Positions 49,773 through 58,706 of a stretch of DNA of 64,000 nt are shown here, one piece after another (positions within the stretch are counted from its first letter, which is position 1; each line of letters opens with the position of its first letter). Origin of the DNA: Longimicrobiales bacterium (lineage in GTDB: Bacteria > Gemmatimonadota > Gemmatimonadetes > Longimicrobiales > Gaopeijiaceae); contig CBDCNQ010000005.1 in the NCBI GenBank assembly GCA_965219445.1, positions 1,152,001-1,216,000 of the forward strand, written 5' to 3'. A program made the position numbers and the translations under genes. A model generated the notes under the pieces. It was not told the origin of the DNA. It searched no databases and was given only the letters and a program-made list of their open reading frames with translations.

Positions 49773-50675
49773 TTAGGTGGGTCTCGTGAATTGCGCGATC
49801 GTGCCTTGCAGATGGGTTTCGGACATCCCGACGGCCGCGGAGATCTCCCCGATGAGGTTCTTCTCCTCTTCGGCCACAGCACCGTCCGCAAGCGCCACCA
49901 TGAGCGCCGCCTTGACGACAATCTCCTTCCCTTCATCGTTGAGATGAGGCGACAATGCAGTGAGGGAGGCTAGGAGGTCCACCCCCCCTGACTGTGCGAC
50001 TGCCGCCTCAGCTCGAATCGCGTCTTCCGGAAGTTCAACGCCCGTCAATTGCTGATAGACCGCGGCGATCGTCGACACCTCATCGTCACCAACGCTGCCA
50101 TCGGCCAGCATCATTCTCATCATGGCAAGCCTGATGGCCTGTTCGAACTCCGCCGTCACCTCCTCCGCTGTCTTCCTGCCGGAGCCCATTCCGAAGGCGG
50201 TCACCATCCCGAGCCCAAAGAAGATGAAGTCCATTGGGGCGAAGCTTCCGAGAAACCCCCCTTGGGAGATCGCTGCCCGGATCTCCGGCAGGCTCGCTTC
50301 GACGTTTGCTCGTGTTTCCGCCTCCTTTCCCCGGCGGAACGTAGCGCGCTCGTCATCGCTCCATTCGCTCCAGCGTGGACCCGCCTCGGCCCATACCGCG
50401 GGGGGATAGTCCGACTGACTTGACGCGTTGGCCGGATCGACCCCCTGCGGCCAGACCATCTCACGGCCGGCGGATTGGAACTCGCCTGCAACGTCGTCTG
50501 CGAGGAACGAGACGACATACTCCTCGTCGTCGAAGCGCTCTGTGAACATGCCGACCAGCTCGGCGTCGCTCGGCATGAGCATTTCGACAGCGGCGTACTC
50601 GATTCGAACCGGCGACCCCCTGAACCCCATTACGCTCAGTATATACGCTATATCACGGGAGATGCCTGGTTTCAT
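49773..50675 (-). CDS. Membrane protein with C-terminal TerB-like domain
   Basis: MMLADGSVGDDE and VALADGAVAEEE metal-binding repeats; N-terminus uncertain. Confidence 0.7.
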   Translation of the reverse strand: MKPGISRDIAYILSVMGFRGSPVRIEYAAVEMLMPSDAELVGMFTERFDDEEYVVSFLADDVAGEFQSAGREMVWPQGVDPANASSQSDYPPAVWAEAGPRWSEWSDDERATFRRGKEAETRANVEASLPEIRAAISQGGFLGSFAPMDFIFFGLGMVTAFGMGSGRKTAEEVTAEFEQAIRLAMMRMMLADGSVGDDEVSTIAAVYQQLTGVELPEDAIRAEAAVAQSGGVDLLASLTALSPHLNDEGKEIVVKAALMVALADGAVAEEEKNLIGEISAAVGMSETHLQGTIAQFTRPT

Positions 50676-50832
50676 TGGGGTTTTCGAGAAAATTTCCCGG
50701 AGTCGGAGTCCTGGATTCCAGGCTTTCAGCGGGGTTACGTAGTGGAGAAGGTATTGGAGTGCGGCTTGGATCCCGCTACATCACGTGGGCAATGCGGTGG
50801 CACTCCCCAAAACCCATCCCAAACTCCGGTAG

Positions 50833-53334
50833 TCAGAATAGATCGGCATCGAGAAGCCGCAGCGCTTCTTCGTCATACTCGACCACGGCCTCGCGCACCC
50901 CATCCGACTCACTCGAAACATTGGCGATCTCATAACCCATGGCCCGGTAGCCCTTCAGGCGCTTCTCGAACATGCGGCGGAGCATAGGCACCTCCCGGTC
51001 TACGTAGTCGAAGATGCGAACGTCGGTCTTTCCATGGTGTCTACGGTGGAGGCGACCAGCGTACTGGACCAGGGTCCCTCTCCAAGCGACTGGCATGGTC
51101 AGGAACAGCGTGTCGAGGCGGGCGTCGTCGAAGCCCTCCCCCGCGAAGCGCCCGGTCGCGACGATCACTCGTTCCTCGGTGTCCGGAATCGATGCGAGCA
51201 TCTCTGCGGCCGCACGCCTGCGCTTCTTCCCCATCCCTCCCTGCAGTATCACCAGGTTCCGCGCCACTCGCCGGAGTTCTTCGGCAAAGTACTCGAGATG
51301 ATTCTTTCGCTCGGTCAGCAGGATCGGAGACCGGCCGTCCTCCAGGGCGCGGATGACGTCGTCAACGATCATCCTGTTCCGAGCCGCATCGAGCGTGATC
51401 TTGCCATAGATCTCCTGGATCCCGGGCACTCCGCTCGAGGCATCGATCCGGAATCCGGTGTCCCGGACTACAAGTCGGTGCGGGAACGGACGGTCAGCGG
51501 CTTGCCTCTTGGCGTCAACGGAGTAACGGATGGGCCCGAGTTGGAACTCCAGAATCGGGTGATGCCCGTCCCTCCGTCTCGGGGTGGCAGTGAGGCCGGT
51601 CACATACCGGGCCCGCACCTCCCGCATTACGCGTTCGAAGGACACCGCAGGGACGTGATGGCATTCGTCCACAAGCACGTGGCCGTAGTTCGCCACGAGG
51701 TCTTCGACGTCCCCACGACGCACTAAGCTCTGGATCATGGCGACGTCCACTGCCCCGGTGACGCTGCGCCTACCGCCCCCGATCTGCCCAATGTCGTCCG
51801 GCTTCAGATCGAGGAAGAGGGCGAGCTGCGCCCGCCACTGATCGACGAGCTGGGTGCGGTGGACGATGACGAGCGTGCTCCTGCCGCGACTCGCGATGAG
51901 GTGGGCGCCGACCACGGTCTTTCCGCTTCCGGGTGGAGCCACGAACACTCCGATGTTCCCCTCGATTAGGGCTCGAACGGCGGCTTTCTGCAGATCCGTG
52001 AGCTCTCCGTGGAACTGCAAGTTCAGCGGCTCTCCCTCGATCCGCTGATCATCGACCACGGGCTCGATGTCGTGATCCCGTAGTACCTCTTCCAGCGCCG
52101 ACAGACAGCCCCGAGGCAAGCCGATGTGTCCCGGTAGGTTCTCCGCACAACTGATGATTCGCGGGGTCAGGGCCGTCGAGAGCCGCATGGCCTGCTTCTC
52201 ATAGAACTGCGGGTTCCGGAACGCGGCCAGGCGGTTGATCCGGTCGATGAGAGCCGGCGGCAGGTCCGCCTTCTCCACGAAAACCTGTTGCGCGAGCACG
52301 GCCTTGACCTTGCGGGGGAAGGGGCCTTCGATGCGTGGTTCCGGTCTTGGTCCTGAGGTCGGGCGCAGCCAGGGGACTTCGTCTTCCTTGTCGATGGCCC
52401 CGGCGTCCCGCAAGCCCAGGACCTTTCCACTGGCCGACGCCTCGCGAGCGAGCTCCTCCACCCTATGCGGATTGATCCGAGGCAGTGCCGCGAGATACTC
52501 CCACTGCTCGGGGAAAGGCTCCCACCTGGCGTCGACGAACACTGTATTGCCACTCTTCCTGGCTTCGTACTGCAGAGGGAGCGCGATGAGGTTCCCGAAC
52601 CCCCCGCGCGGCATCGTGTCCTGGTTCGGGAAAAAGCGGTCATAGGAATGCATTGGAAGCCCCGGGCGGGCCGCCATCGTCTCCGTGAGCAGGTAGGACG
52701 CCATCTTGCGGGCATCGCTCGCTGGTAAGGGTGCTGAGAAGAAGAACCAGACGTGTGCTCCATCACCCGAGCGGGAGCGCTCGACCGCCGGGGTGAGCCC
52801 GAAGCGCCGGCCCGTCTCCACGTAGGCGGCTACATCCCCCTGCCAGTGCCCCTTGTCGAAGTCGACGGCGAGGAACCGGCAGGTCTCGTCCTCCATCAGC
52901 GGGTACACACCCGCGACGTGGCGGCCTTGAAGGTGGTCGAAGAGCACCTCATCCGTGACGTCCAAGAACGCTTGGTTTGGGCACTCCCCGCACTTGACCC
53001 GTGGCTTCTCGCAGACGCCGTGGACCCACTCATTCCCACAAGCCGGCGCGTAGCCCTGCTTCTTCGTCCTCGAGTTTCGCCAAAGCTTCGGAAAGACGTC
53101 CGTTCGTCCCGAGAAGAGGGAGCGGAAGAGAGCCACCTTCTCCAGCTTTGATCCAGGCGCCCTGCCCAGGTCGAGCACCGGAAGCTCCAAGATCGGACTC
53201 TCACCCGAGGCCAGGTCGTTCCGCAGCTCCTCAAGGCGATTTTGGACATGAGTCCGCTCGCTGTCGAGCTCTGCAAGCCGAGCTTCGGCGGCGGCGATCT
53301 CCTTGCGAAGAGAGTCTTGGTCGGGACGAGGCAT
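50833..53334 (-). CDS. AEP-like primase (TOTE-type) fused to an SF2 helicase
   Basis: GVYPL..FLAVDFD, ERSRSG.GAHVW, GNLIALPLQ; APPGSGKT, DECHH, TAT, EGFD, QYAGRL.R. Confidence 0.85.
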   Translation of the reverse strand: MPRPDQDSLRKEIAAAEARLAELDSERTHVQNRLEELRNDLASGESPILELPVLDLGRAPGSKLEKVALFRSLFSGRTDVFPKLWRNSRTKKQGYAPACGNEWVHGVCEKPRVKCGECPNQAFLDVTDEVLFDHLQGRHVAGVYPLMEDETCRFLAVDFDKGHWQGDVAAYVETGRRFGLTPAVERSRSGDGAHVWFFFSAPLPASDARKMASYLLTETMAARPGLPMHSYDRFFPNQDTMPRGGFGNLIALPLQYEARKSGNTVFVDARWEPFPEQWEYLAALPRINPHRVEELAREASASGKVLGLRDAGAIDKEDEVPWLRPTSGPRPEPRIEGPFPRKVKAVLAQQVFVEKADLPPALIDRINRLAAFRNPQFYEKQAMRLSTALTPRIISCAENLPGHIGLPRGCLSALEEVLRDHDIEPVVDDQRIEGEPLNLQFHGELTDLQKAAVRALIEGNIGVFVAPPGSGKTVVGAHLIASRGRSTLVIVHRTQLVDQWRAQLALFLDLKPDDIGQIGGGRRSVTGAVDVAMIQSLVRRGDVEDLVANYGHVLVDECHHVPAVSFERVMREVRARYVTGLTATPRRRDGHHPILEFQLGPIRYSVDAKRQAADRPFPHRLVVRDTGFRIDASSGVPGIQEIYGKITLDAARNRMIVDDVIRALEDGRSPILLTERKNHLEYFAEELRRVARNLVILQGGMGKKRRRAAAEMLASIPDTEERVIVATGRFAGEGFDDARLDTLFLTMPVAWRGTLVQYAGRLHRRHHGKTDVRIFDYVDREVPMLRRMFEKRLKGYRAMGYEIANVSSESDGVREAVVEYDEEALRLLDADLF

Positions 53335-53352
53335 GACCGGGTGACCTCCGAG

Positions 53353-53955
53353 TCACCGCCCTGGGGCGGATTCGAGAAACCCTGCGCTTTCGAGGCGCTG
53401 CGCAAGATGCCGGAGGCCGGCCCGCGTCCGAAGCGCATCCAAGTATGCGACCGGTGCCAGAGGATCCCGCACAAGAGAGGTGCGATGAGCTTCTGCCGCC
53501 CCGACGATTCGCTCTGAGTCCATCGCCCAAAGCCGATCAAGGAAGCTGGGTGGTCGTATCGGCTCAAGGCCGAAGCCGGCGAGCAGGGCCTTCGGGAAGT
53601 GCTTGGTGTTCCAGGTCACGATCACATCCGCTTCATAGTGAACCGCTAGCGCAAGCACATGTCGGTCACCCTCATCGGGTACCTGCACGTCCTGCTCCGC
53701 ACCGTGGAAGCGGCTCCCGCACGCTTCGGGGAAGGCCCGTTGCATCTGGGAATCCAGGTGATCGAGCTGCTCCTCCGTCAGATCGGCTTTGACACGCAGA
53801 TTTCGGCGGACCTCATCCAGGATCAACTCGGACCAGAGCGGCTCGTAGAGCCCTGCCTGCGCAAGCCAGAGAAGGAGATTCCGTAGCTGGAATGGATACA
53901 AGACGTTTGCATCCAGAACGGCAAGGAGCTTCAGGTCAGTAGCCCTGGCCCGCAT
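53353..53955 (-). CDS. PIN-domain toxin
   Basis: VLDANVLYP, WSE.ILDE, PD.GDRHVLA, IVTWN.KHF. Confidence 0.85.
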   Translation of the reverse strand: MRARATDLKLLAVLDANVLYPFQLRNLLLWLAQAGLYEPLWSELILDEVRRNLRVKADLTEEQLDHLDSQMQRAFPEACGSRFHGAEQDVQVPDEGDRHVLALAVHYEADVIVTWNTKHFPKALLAGFGLEPIRPPSFLDRLWAMDSERIVGAAEAHRTSLVRDPLAPVAYLDALRTRAGLRHLAQRLESAGFLESAPGR

Positions 53956-54400
53956 CGGCCGTGGTCTTCGCCATTTCGCGAAGAGCCGCGTCGCGCTCCC
54001 GTTGCGATGCCGCCTCCCCACCACGACGCATCGTCGCCTTGTATCGCTCCACGTCCGCCCGGAGGATGCGACGGTGCGTCCCCACCATTCTGTAGCTCAG
54101 TTCCCCCTGCTCAAGAAGGTCGATGAGTGTGGGGCGCGACATGCCGAGATCCGACGCCGCTTGGCTGGTCGTGTACTCGGTGTCCTCGGCGCAACCCTCC
54201 ACCAGAACTGCGTTCCCCTTGGCGAACTCACTTAGAATTCTATCCAGCGCCTTACCCGTACCGGCGGACAACTCCACCCCGGCGACCCGCGTGCTCCCAC
54301 CACGACTTCGCTGCCTCCGAGCGGCTCGGAGGGCTTCCTTCATCCTCCTTGCGGTATCAACGTCCTGTGCGGAAGGCTCGATTCTGTTCTTGACTGCCAT
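53936..54400 (-). CDS. Excisionase-type (HTH_17) DNA-binding antitoxin
   Basis: TTSQAA.DLGMSRPTL..L..GE....VGTHRRI; AGGAG RBS. Confidence 0.85.
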   Translation of the reverse strand: MAVKNRIEPSAQDVDTARRMKEALRAARRQRSRGGSTRVAGVELSAGTGKALDRILSEFAKGNAVLVEGCAEDTEYTTSQAASDLGMSRPTLIDLLEQGELSYRMVGTHRRILRADVERYKATMRRGGEAASQRERDAALREMAKTTADAGQGY

Positions 54401-54435
54401 GGTCTCTCCTAATCTGTCCGGCGGCCCGTATACGT

Positions 54436-54462
54436 AATAAACGAAATAAACGCAACATACGC
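54436..54462. promoter_or_regulatory. Three 9 bp direct repeats, probable operator
   Basis: AATAAACGA AATAAACGC AACATACGC, 36-62 bp upstream of the HTH start. Confidence 0.55.
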
Positions 54463-54781
54463 AAGATCACAGCCGTGAGGGTTTGTACGTGGTTCGTCCT
54501 GGAGCCTCGGCCTCGGTCGCTACAGGGCGGCGCGGGCTCTTCTCTTGTGGGATGGAGATTCCAGCGAGCGGGTTCTCACGAAGGGTTCTTCACCGGTAAG
54601 GACACCCGCCGCAATCTGGAGCCTTCCTTAGAGGTGAGCCGCGTGAGGAACCAGCCCCGCTCAAGGTTCCGGCCTCCGCGAAGATAACAGGAAGGAGGCC
54701 CGCTAGCGGCATCGAGGACGATGCCCAGTTGCTGGGAGGGGACTCGTGCCGATTGGCTGTGCAAGCGCGCGTGGAGGCGAC

Positions 54782-54925
54782 CCGGATTCCCGCCACTTGA
54801 TGCGATTTCCCCGACATTTCAGTACATTCTAATCAGACTCGGTCCAACGGCAAGAACGGCAGATCGTGCAGTCCCAGTGGAACTTAGACGATTACTTGCC
54901 GTGATTCGGGGCTTTGGGAGTCTGC
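54782..54925 (+). repeat. Element 'left end' copy 2
   Basis: Inverted homologue of 23377-23515; GATTCCCGCCA at 54785; ends GTGATTC-N13-TCTGC. Confidence 0.85.
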
Positions 54926-54993
54926 GCTACCAGCGGGCCGACGAGGACCAGCTCAGGAAGGCCCTCGACGACCGCCGGAGGGCCTGCTCTTAG
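54926..54993 (+). pseudogene. 3' tip of a second copy of the 43535 recombinase
   Basis: YQRADEDQLRKALDDRRRA vs YQHADEDQLRNALDNRRRV. Confidence 0.85.
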
Positions 54994-54996
54994 CCC

Positions 54997-55079
54997 AAAT
55001 AGCGGGAATCGAATAGCGGGAATCAGACTAACGATTCCCGTAAGTCCCTTGGGCGTAGCAGGATCCGAACCTGCGACCT
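54997..55079 (+). repeat. Element 'right end' copy 2, containing a tRNA-3'-like fragment on the minus strand
   Basis: TAGCGGGAATC x2; the minus strand reads GGTCGCAGG-TTCGGAT-CCTGCTACGCCCA. Confidence 0.7.
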
Positions 55080-55080
55080 G

Positions 55081-55206
55081 ATGCACATCAGACAACGGGG
55101 TGCATGTGCACCGAAACGCCATTTCCATGTGCGCGCCAGCGCTCCCGTATGTGGCTGCCTGTCTTACAGTTGCGGCACGGCCGCCGGAGCGGCGACACCG
55201 CTCCGG
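55081..55206 (-). repeat. ~125 bp non-coding repeat, copy 2
   Basis: Reverse-complement homologue of 37856-37980. Confidence 0.8.
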
Positions 55207-55330
55207 AGCTTTCGGCCGAAGAAGGGAGCGACCCCCCCTTTCGGGATGCCTCGATCGGCATCGGGGAGGGTTGGCATGTGCACGCCCATGCCACCCTCCG
55301 CCGGGGGTCGCTCCCCTCCAGCAATCCCTA

Positions 55331-56007
55331 GCGGGAAGACCACGCTCGCCGACCTCGTCGGGCGCTTCTACGACGTGACGTCCGGCCGGGTGACCGTGGA
55401 TGGGGTGGATGTACGGGACTGGACGGTTTCGAGTCTGCGTGGAGCGATGGGTATCGTGACCCAGGAGACCGTACTCTTCCACGATACGATCGCGGCCAAT
55501 ATCGCCTATGGAGCCAGGAGCACGACGGAGAACAAAATCTGCCGTGCGGCGCGCGCAGCCAACGCCCACACCTTTATCTCCGCCCTTCCGGAGGGCTACG
55601 ATACGGTGGTCGGGGAACGCGGCACTCGCCTGTCGGGGGGAGAGCGTCAGCGCATCGCTCTTGCGAGGGCGATCCTCTCAGACCGTCCCATCCTCATTTT
55701 CGACGAGGCGACGAGCGCCCTCGATACCGAGTCGGAGGGCCTTGTGCAGGAGGCTGTGGGGCGCCTCATGGGCGGGCGCACCGTGCTGGTGATCGCCCAC
55801 CGCCTGTCGACGGTTCGCCACGCCGATCTCATCGTCGTCCTGAGCGGGGGACGGATCGTCGAACGGGGCGACCATGTGTCCCTGCTTGCGGCGGGAGGAC
55901 TCTATCGGCGCCTCTGCACCCTGCAGCACGCCAACCCTAACGGGAGCGATCCTGTGGCCGCCCCTACGGGCTCCACAGCCGCTGTTCGTGAGGTAGCCTC
56001 ATCGTGA
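55331..56007 (+). pseudogene. MsbA-like ABC transporter, NBD fragment only
   Basis: Starts within Walker A (SGKTT); LSGGERQR, DEATSALD, IAHRLST; TM domain absent; upstream of a lipid A acyltransferase. Confidence 0.85.
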
Positions 56008-56903
56008 GCACGGTTCGGTACCGGATCGAGTTCTGGATTTTTCGAGCGCTTTCCTGGATCCTGGTCGTGATTCCCGAGCCAGCCGCACGCGCCTTGTGCA
56101 GCATGGTCGGGTGGGTTTTCGGTGTAGTGTTGCGGGTCCGCCGTGTCGACACCGATCAACATCTCCAGATTGCGTTCCCCGAACGGGACTCCGCCTGGCG
56201 GCGGCGAGTCGCACGGAGCAGCTACATGCACCTTGCTCGGGAGGCGGCCATGACCGTCCGTCTTGCTCGGATGCCGTCCGAGGAGATTGTTCGGCGCACG
56301 GAGGTCGTCGGTTTCGAAGCGCTACGAGAGGCGGCCGCTGGGGGCAGGGGTGCCGTCGTGATTTCCGGACATTTGGGCAATTGGGAGGTCGCGGCGGCCG
56401 CGGTGGCGGCGAGAGGAGTGCCGATGGACGTGGCGGCCCATCTCCAGAAGAACCCCTTGTTCTACCACCATATGGTCGAACTACGGCGTCGTCTCGGTCT
56501 GACGGTCATCGTGAAGAACGAGGCGTCTCGTCTGGTGCCGCAGGCCCTCGCCGCGGGCCGCGTCGTTGCACTCATTTCCGATCAGAACATGCGGAAGCGT
56601 GGAGTCTTCGTCGATTTTTTCGGAAGGACGGCCGCTACCGCGAAGGGTCCCGCCTTGTTCGCCCTCCGCACGGGTGCCCCGGTCTTCTTGGGGGTCGCGG
56701 TCCGGAAACGGGGTCATCCCTCACGCTATCGCGTGATCATCGAACGCGTGCCCGTCGAGGAGGGCGCGCCCGGTCCGGATGCGATCCGTGACTTGACCCA
56801 GCGGCACGTCTCCAGGCTGGAGGCGCGGATTCGTGAAACGCCGAACCAGTACTTTTGGCAGCATCGGCGTTGGAAAACGCGCCCAGAACCGGAACCACCC
56901 TGA
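56004..56903 (+). CDS. Lipid A acyltransferase (LpxL/HtrB family)
   Basis: HLGNWE, DQ, VDFFG, P.QYFWQHRRWK. Confidence 0.9.
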   Translation: MSTVRYRIEFWIFRALSWILVVIPEPAARALCSMVGWVFGVVLRVRRVDTDQHLQIAFPERDSAWRRRVARSSYMHLAREAAMTVRLARMPSEEIVRRTEVVGFEALREAAAGGRGAVVISGHLGNWEVAAAAVAARGVPMDVAAHLQKNPLFYHHMVELRRRLGLTVIVKNEASRLVPQALAAGRVVALISDQNMRKRGVFVDFFGRTAATAKGPALFALRTGAPVFLGVAVRKRGHPSRYRVIIERVPVEEGAPGPDAIRDLTQRHVSRLEARIRETPNQYFWQHRRWKTRPEPEPP

Positions 56904-56974
56904 TTCACCATCTGTATTAGACTTCCCGTCTCTCCCGGATGTGGCCAGGGTTCGAAGGCTGTTGAAGGAGTCCC

Positions 56975-57727
56975 GTGATCTACATCTGCATTCCTGCGCA
57001 CAACGAAGAGCGAACCATCGGAGTTCTTCTTTGGAAGATCCGGAAGGTGATGCTCGAGTTCGGGCGTGACTACGAGGTACTGGTTCTCGATGATGCGTCC
57101 ACGGACGGGACCCCCGAGGTGCTCGATCGATACCGTCGTACGCTTCCGTTGCGGGTCCTCAAGGAGGAGGATCGCACGGGATACCCCGGCGCGGTTCAGC
57201 GCTTGCTGCGGGAGACGCTCGAGCGCACGAGCTACCCCAAGAGAGACGCCGCGATCTTGCTTCAAGCCGATTTTACGGAGAGCCCCGATTACATTGTTCC
57301 GCTGATCAAGGCACTCGAGGGTGGAGCTGACGTCGTGGCCGGCGTGGTCGAGGCGAACGGGCGTCCCGCGCCGCGCGCGGTCCGGGTGGCCAGGCGGATG
57401 GCACCGTGGATCCTTGGAAGGGCCTTTGAGGGTGCTCCGGTATCCGATCCACTATCCGGCTTTCGGGCCTACCGGCTGATCGTGCTCAAGAAAGCGTTGG
57501 CGGAGTTCAGGGGCAGACCGTTCTTGACCACTGATGGATGGGCGTCCAACGTAGAACTACTCGGTCTCGTCGCACCCCACGCACGCCGGATCGTCGAGGC
57601 GCCACTGACGTTGCGATACGATGCCGGCGGGCGCCCCTCGCGTTTGAGCGCGGTCCGAACCCTTCGTGGGCTCCTCCGTGTACGACGGGAGAGGTGGGAA
57701 AGTCCTGAAAGAGAAGGAAAGAGGTAA
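56975..57727 (+). CDS. Glycosyltransferase family 2
   Basis: IPAHNEE, DDASTDGT, DPLSGFRAY. Confidence 0.85.
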   Translation: MIYICIPAHNEERTIGVLLWKIRKVMLEFGRDYEVLVLDDASTDGTPEVLDRYRRTLPLRVLKEEDRTGYPGAVQRLLRETLERTSYPKRDAAILLQADFTESPDYIVPLIKALEGGADVVAGVVEANGRPAPRAVRVARRMAPWILGRAFEGAPVSDPLSGFRAYRLIVLKKALAEFRGRPFLTTDGWASNVELLGLVAPHARRIVEAPLTLRYDAGGRPSRLSAVRTLRGLLRVRRERWESPEREGKR

Positions 57728-58671
57728 TGCCACGGATATGCGCGGCGATTGGTTTGGCGCTGATGCTGGGCGTCGTGACACCCCAAGCGGGTGTCGCGCA
57801 GGCGCCCGGTATGCCCTCCGCCGTGCCGTCGGCCGACAGCCCCTTGCCGGCAGATGCCATGGCGGACGACTCCGTCGCGAATGGTTCCGAGTCGACGATC
57901 CTTGAGGCATATCACGGCTCGGAGGCCCACAGTGGCGAGGCGGTTTCGTACGAAATCGATCCTTTCGCAGCGGTCGTCCCCTACGGACCCGGCGAGCGGC
58001 TCGAATACAAGGTCAAGGCCGGTATCTTCAATGCCGGTGAGGCGCACATGGAGGTCCTGGGCCTCGATTCAGTTCGAGGCGAGCCCACCTACCATGTCGA
58101 GATGGCCTTGAAAGGCAGTCTCCTCTTCGGTGCGTTGAAGGTCGAGGATTATTGGAGTTCGTGGGTCGACACGCGGCTGATCACGGCTCGCCGGTTTGTC
58201 TCCGACGTGAGCAATACCGGCCACAGCAGCTACCGTTCTTTCGAGTTCTATCCGGACGAGATGTACTGGGAGCAGACGGACGAGGGCGTGATTGGTGAGT
58301 TGGCGACGGCTCTTCCCTTGGACGATATCTCGTTCATTTACTTCGTTCGGTCCCTTCCGCTAGAGGTGGGAAAGACCTACACGCTTCCGCGCTACTTCAA
58401 GAAGGACGGCAACCCGGTCGTCCTCGAGGTCGAGCGCCAGGACGTGCGAGAAGTACCTGCGGGGACGTTCAACACGATCGTCGTCCGGCCGACGATCAAG
58501 ACGAGTGGCCTCTTCAGCGAGGGGGGTGAGGCCGAGTTGCACTTCACCGATGACGAAAATCGGTATCTCGTTTATATGCGTGTCGGGATGGCCGTCGTCG
58601 GGTCCATCACGATACACCTCGAGAATATCATAGAGGGAACACCTATCCACTCCGGGGCGGCTGCCTGGTAG
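57727..58671 (+). CDS. DUF3108-like exported protein
   Basis: Signal peptide, GERLEYKV, VPAGTF, TDDE. Confidence 0.7.
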   Translation: MPRICAAIGLALMLGVVTPQAGVAQAPGMPSAVPSADSPLPADAMADDSVANGSESTILEAYHGSEAHSGEAVSYEIDPFAAVVPYGPGERLEYKVKAGIFNAGEAHMEVLGLDSVRGEPTYHVEMALKGSLLFGALKVEDYWSSWVDTRLITARRFVSDVSNTGHSSYRSFEFYPDEMYWEQTDEGVIGELATALPLDDISFIYFVRSLPLEVGKTYTLPRYFKKDGNPVVLEVERQDVREVPAGTFNTIVVRPTIKTSGLFSEGGEAELHFTDDENRYLVYMRVGMAVVGSITIHLENIIEGTPIHSGAAAW

Positions 58672-58706
58672 AACCAAGGGGCTCTCCGCCCCTCCGTGGT
58701 GAGCAC

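Noticed and set aside
55050..55079. Complete tRNA gene
   Set aside because: Only a T-arm and acceptor 3' strand are present; no D or anticodon arm.
55081..55330. N-terminal part of the 308-aa ORF as real protein
   Set aside because: It overlaps non-coding repeats and hairpins; ABC homology begins only at ~55331.
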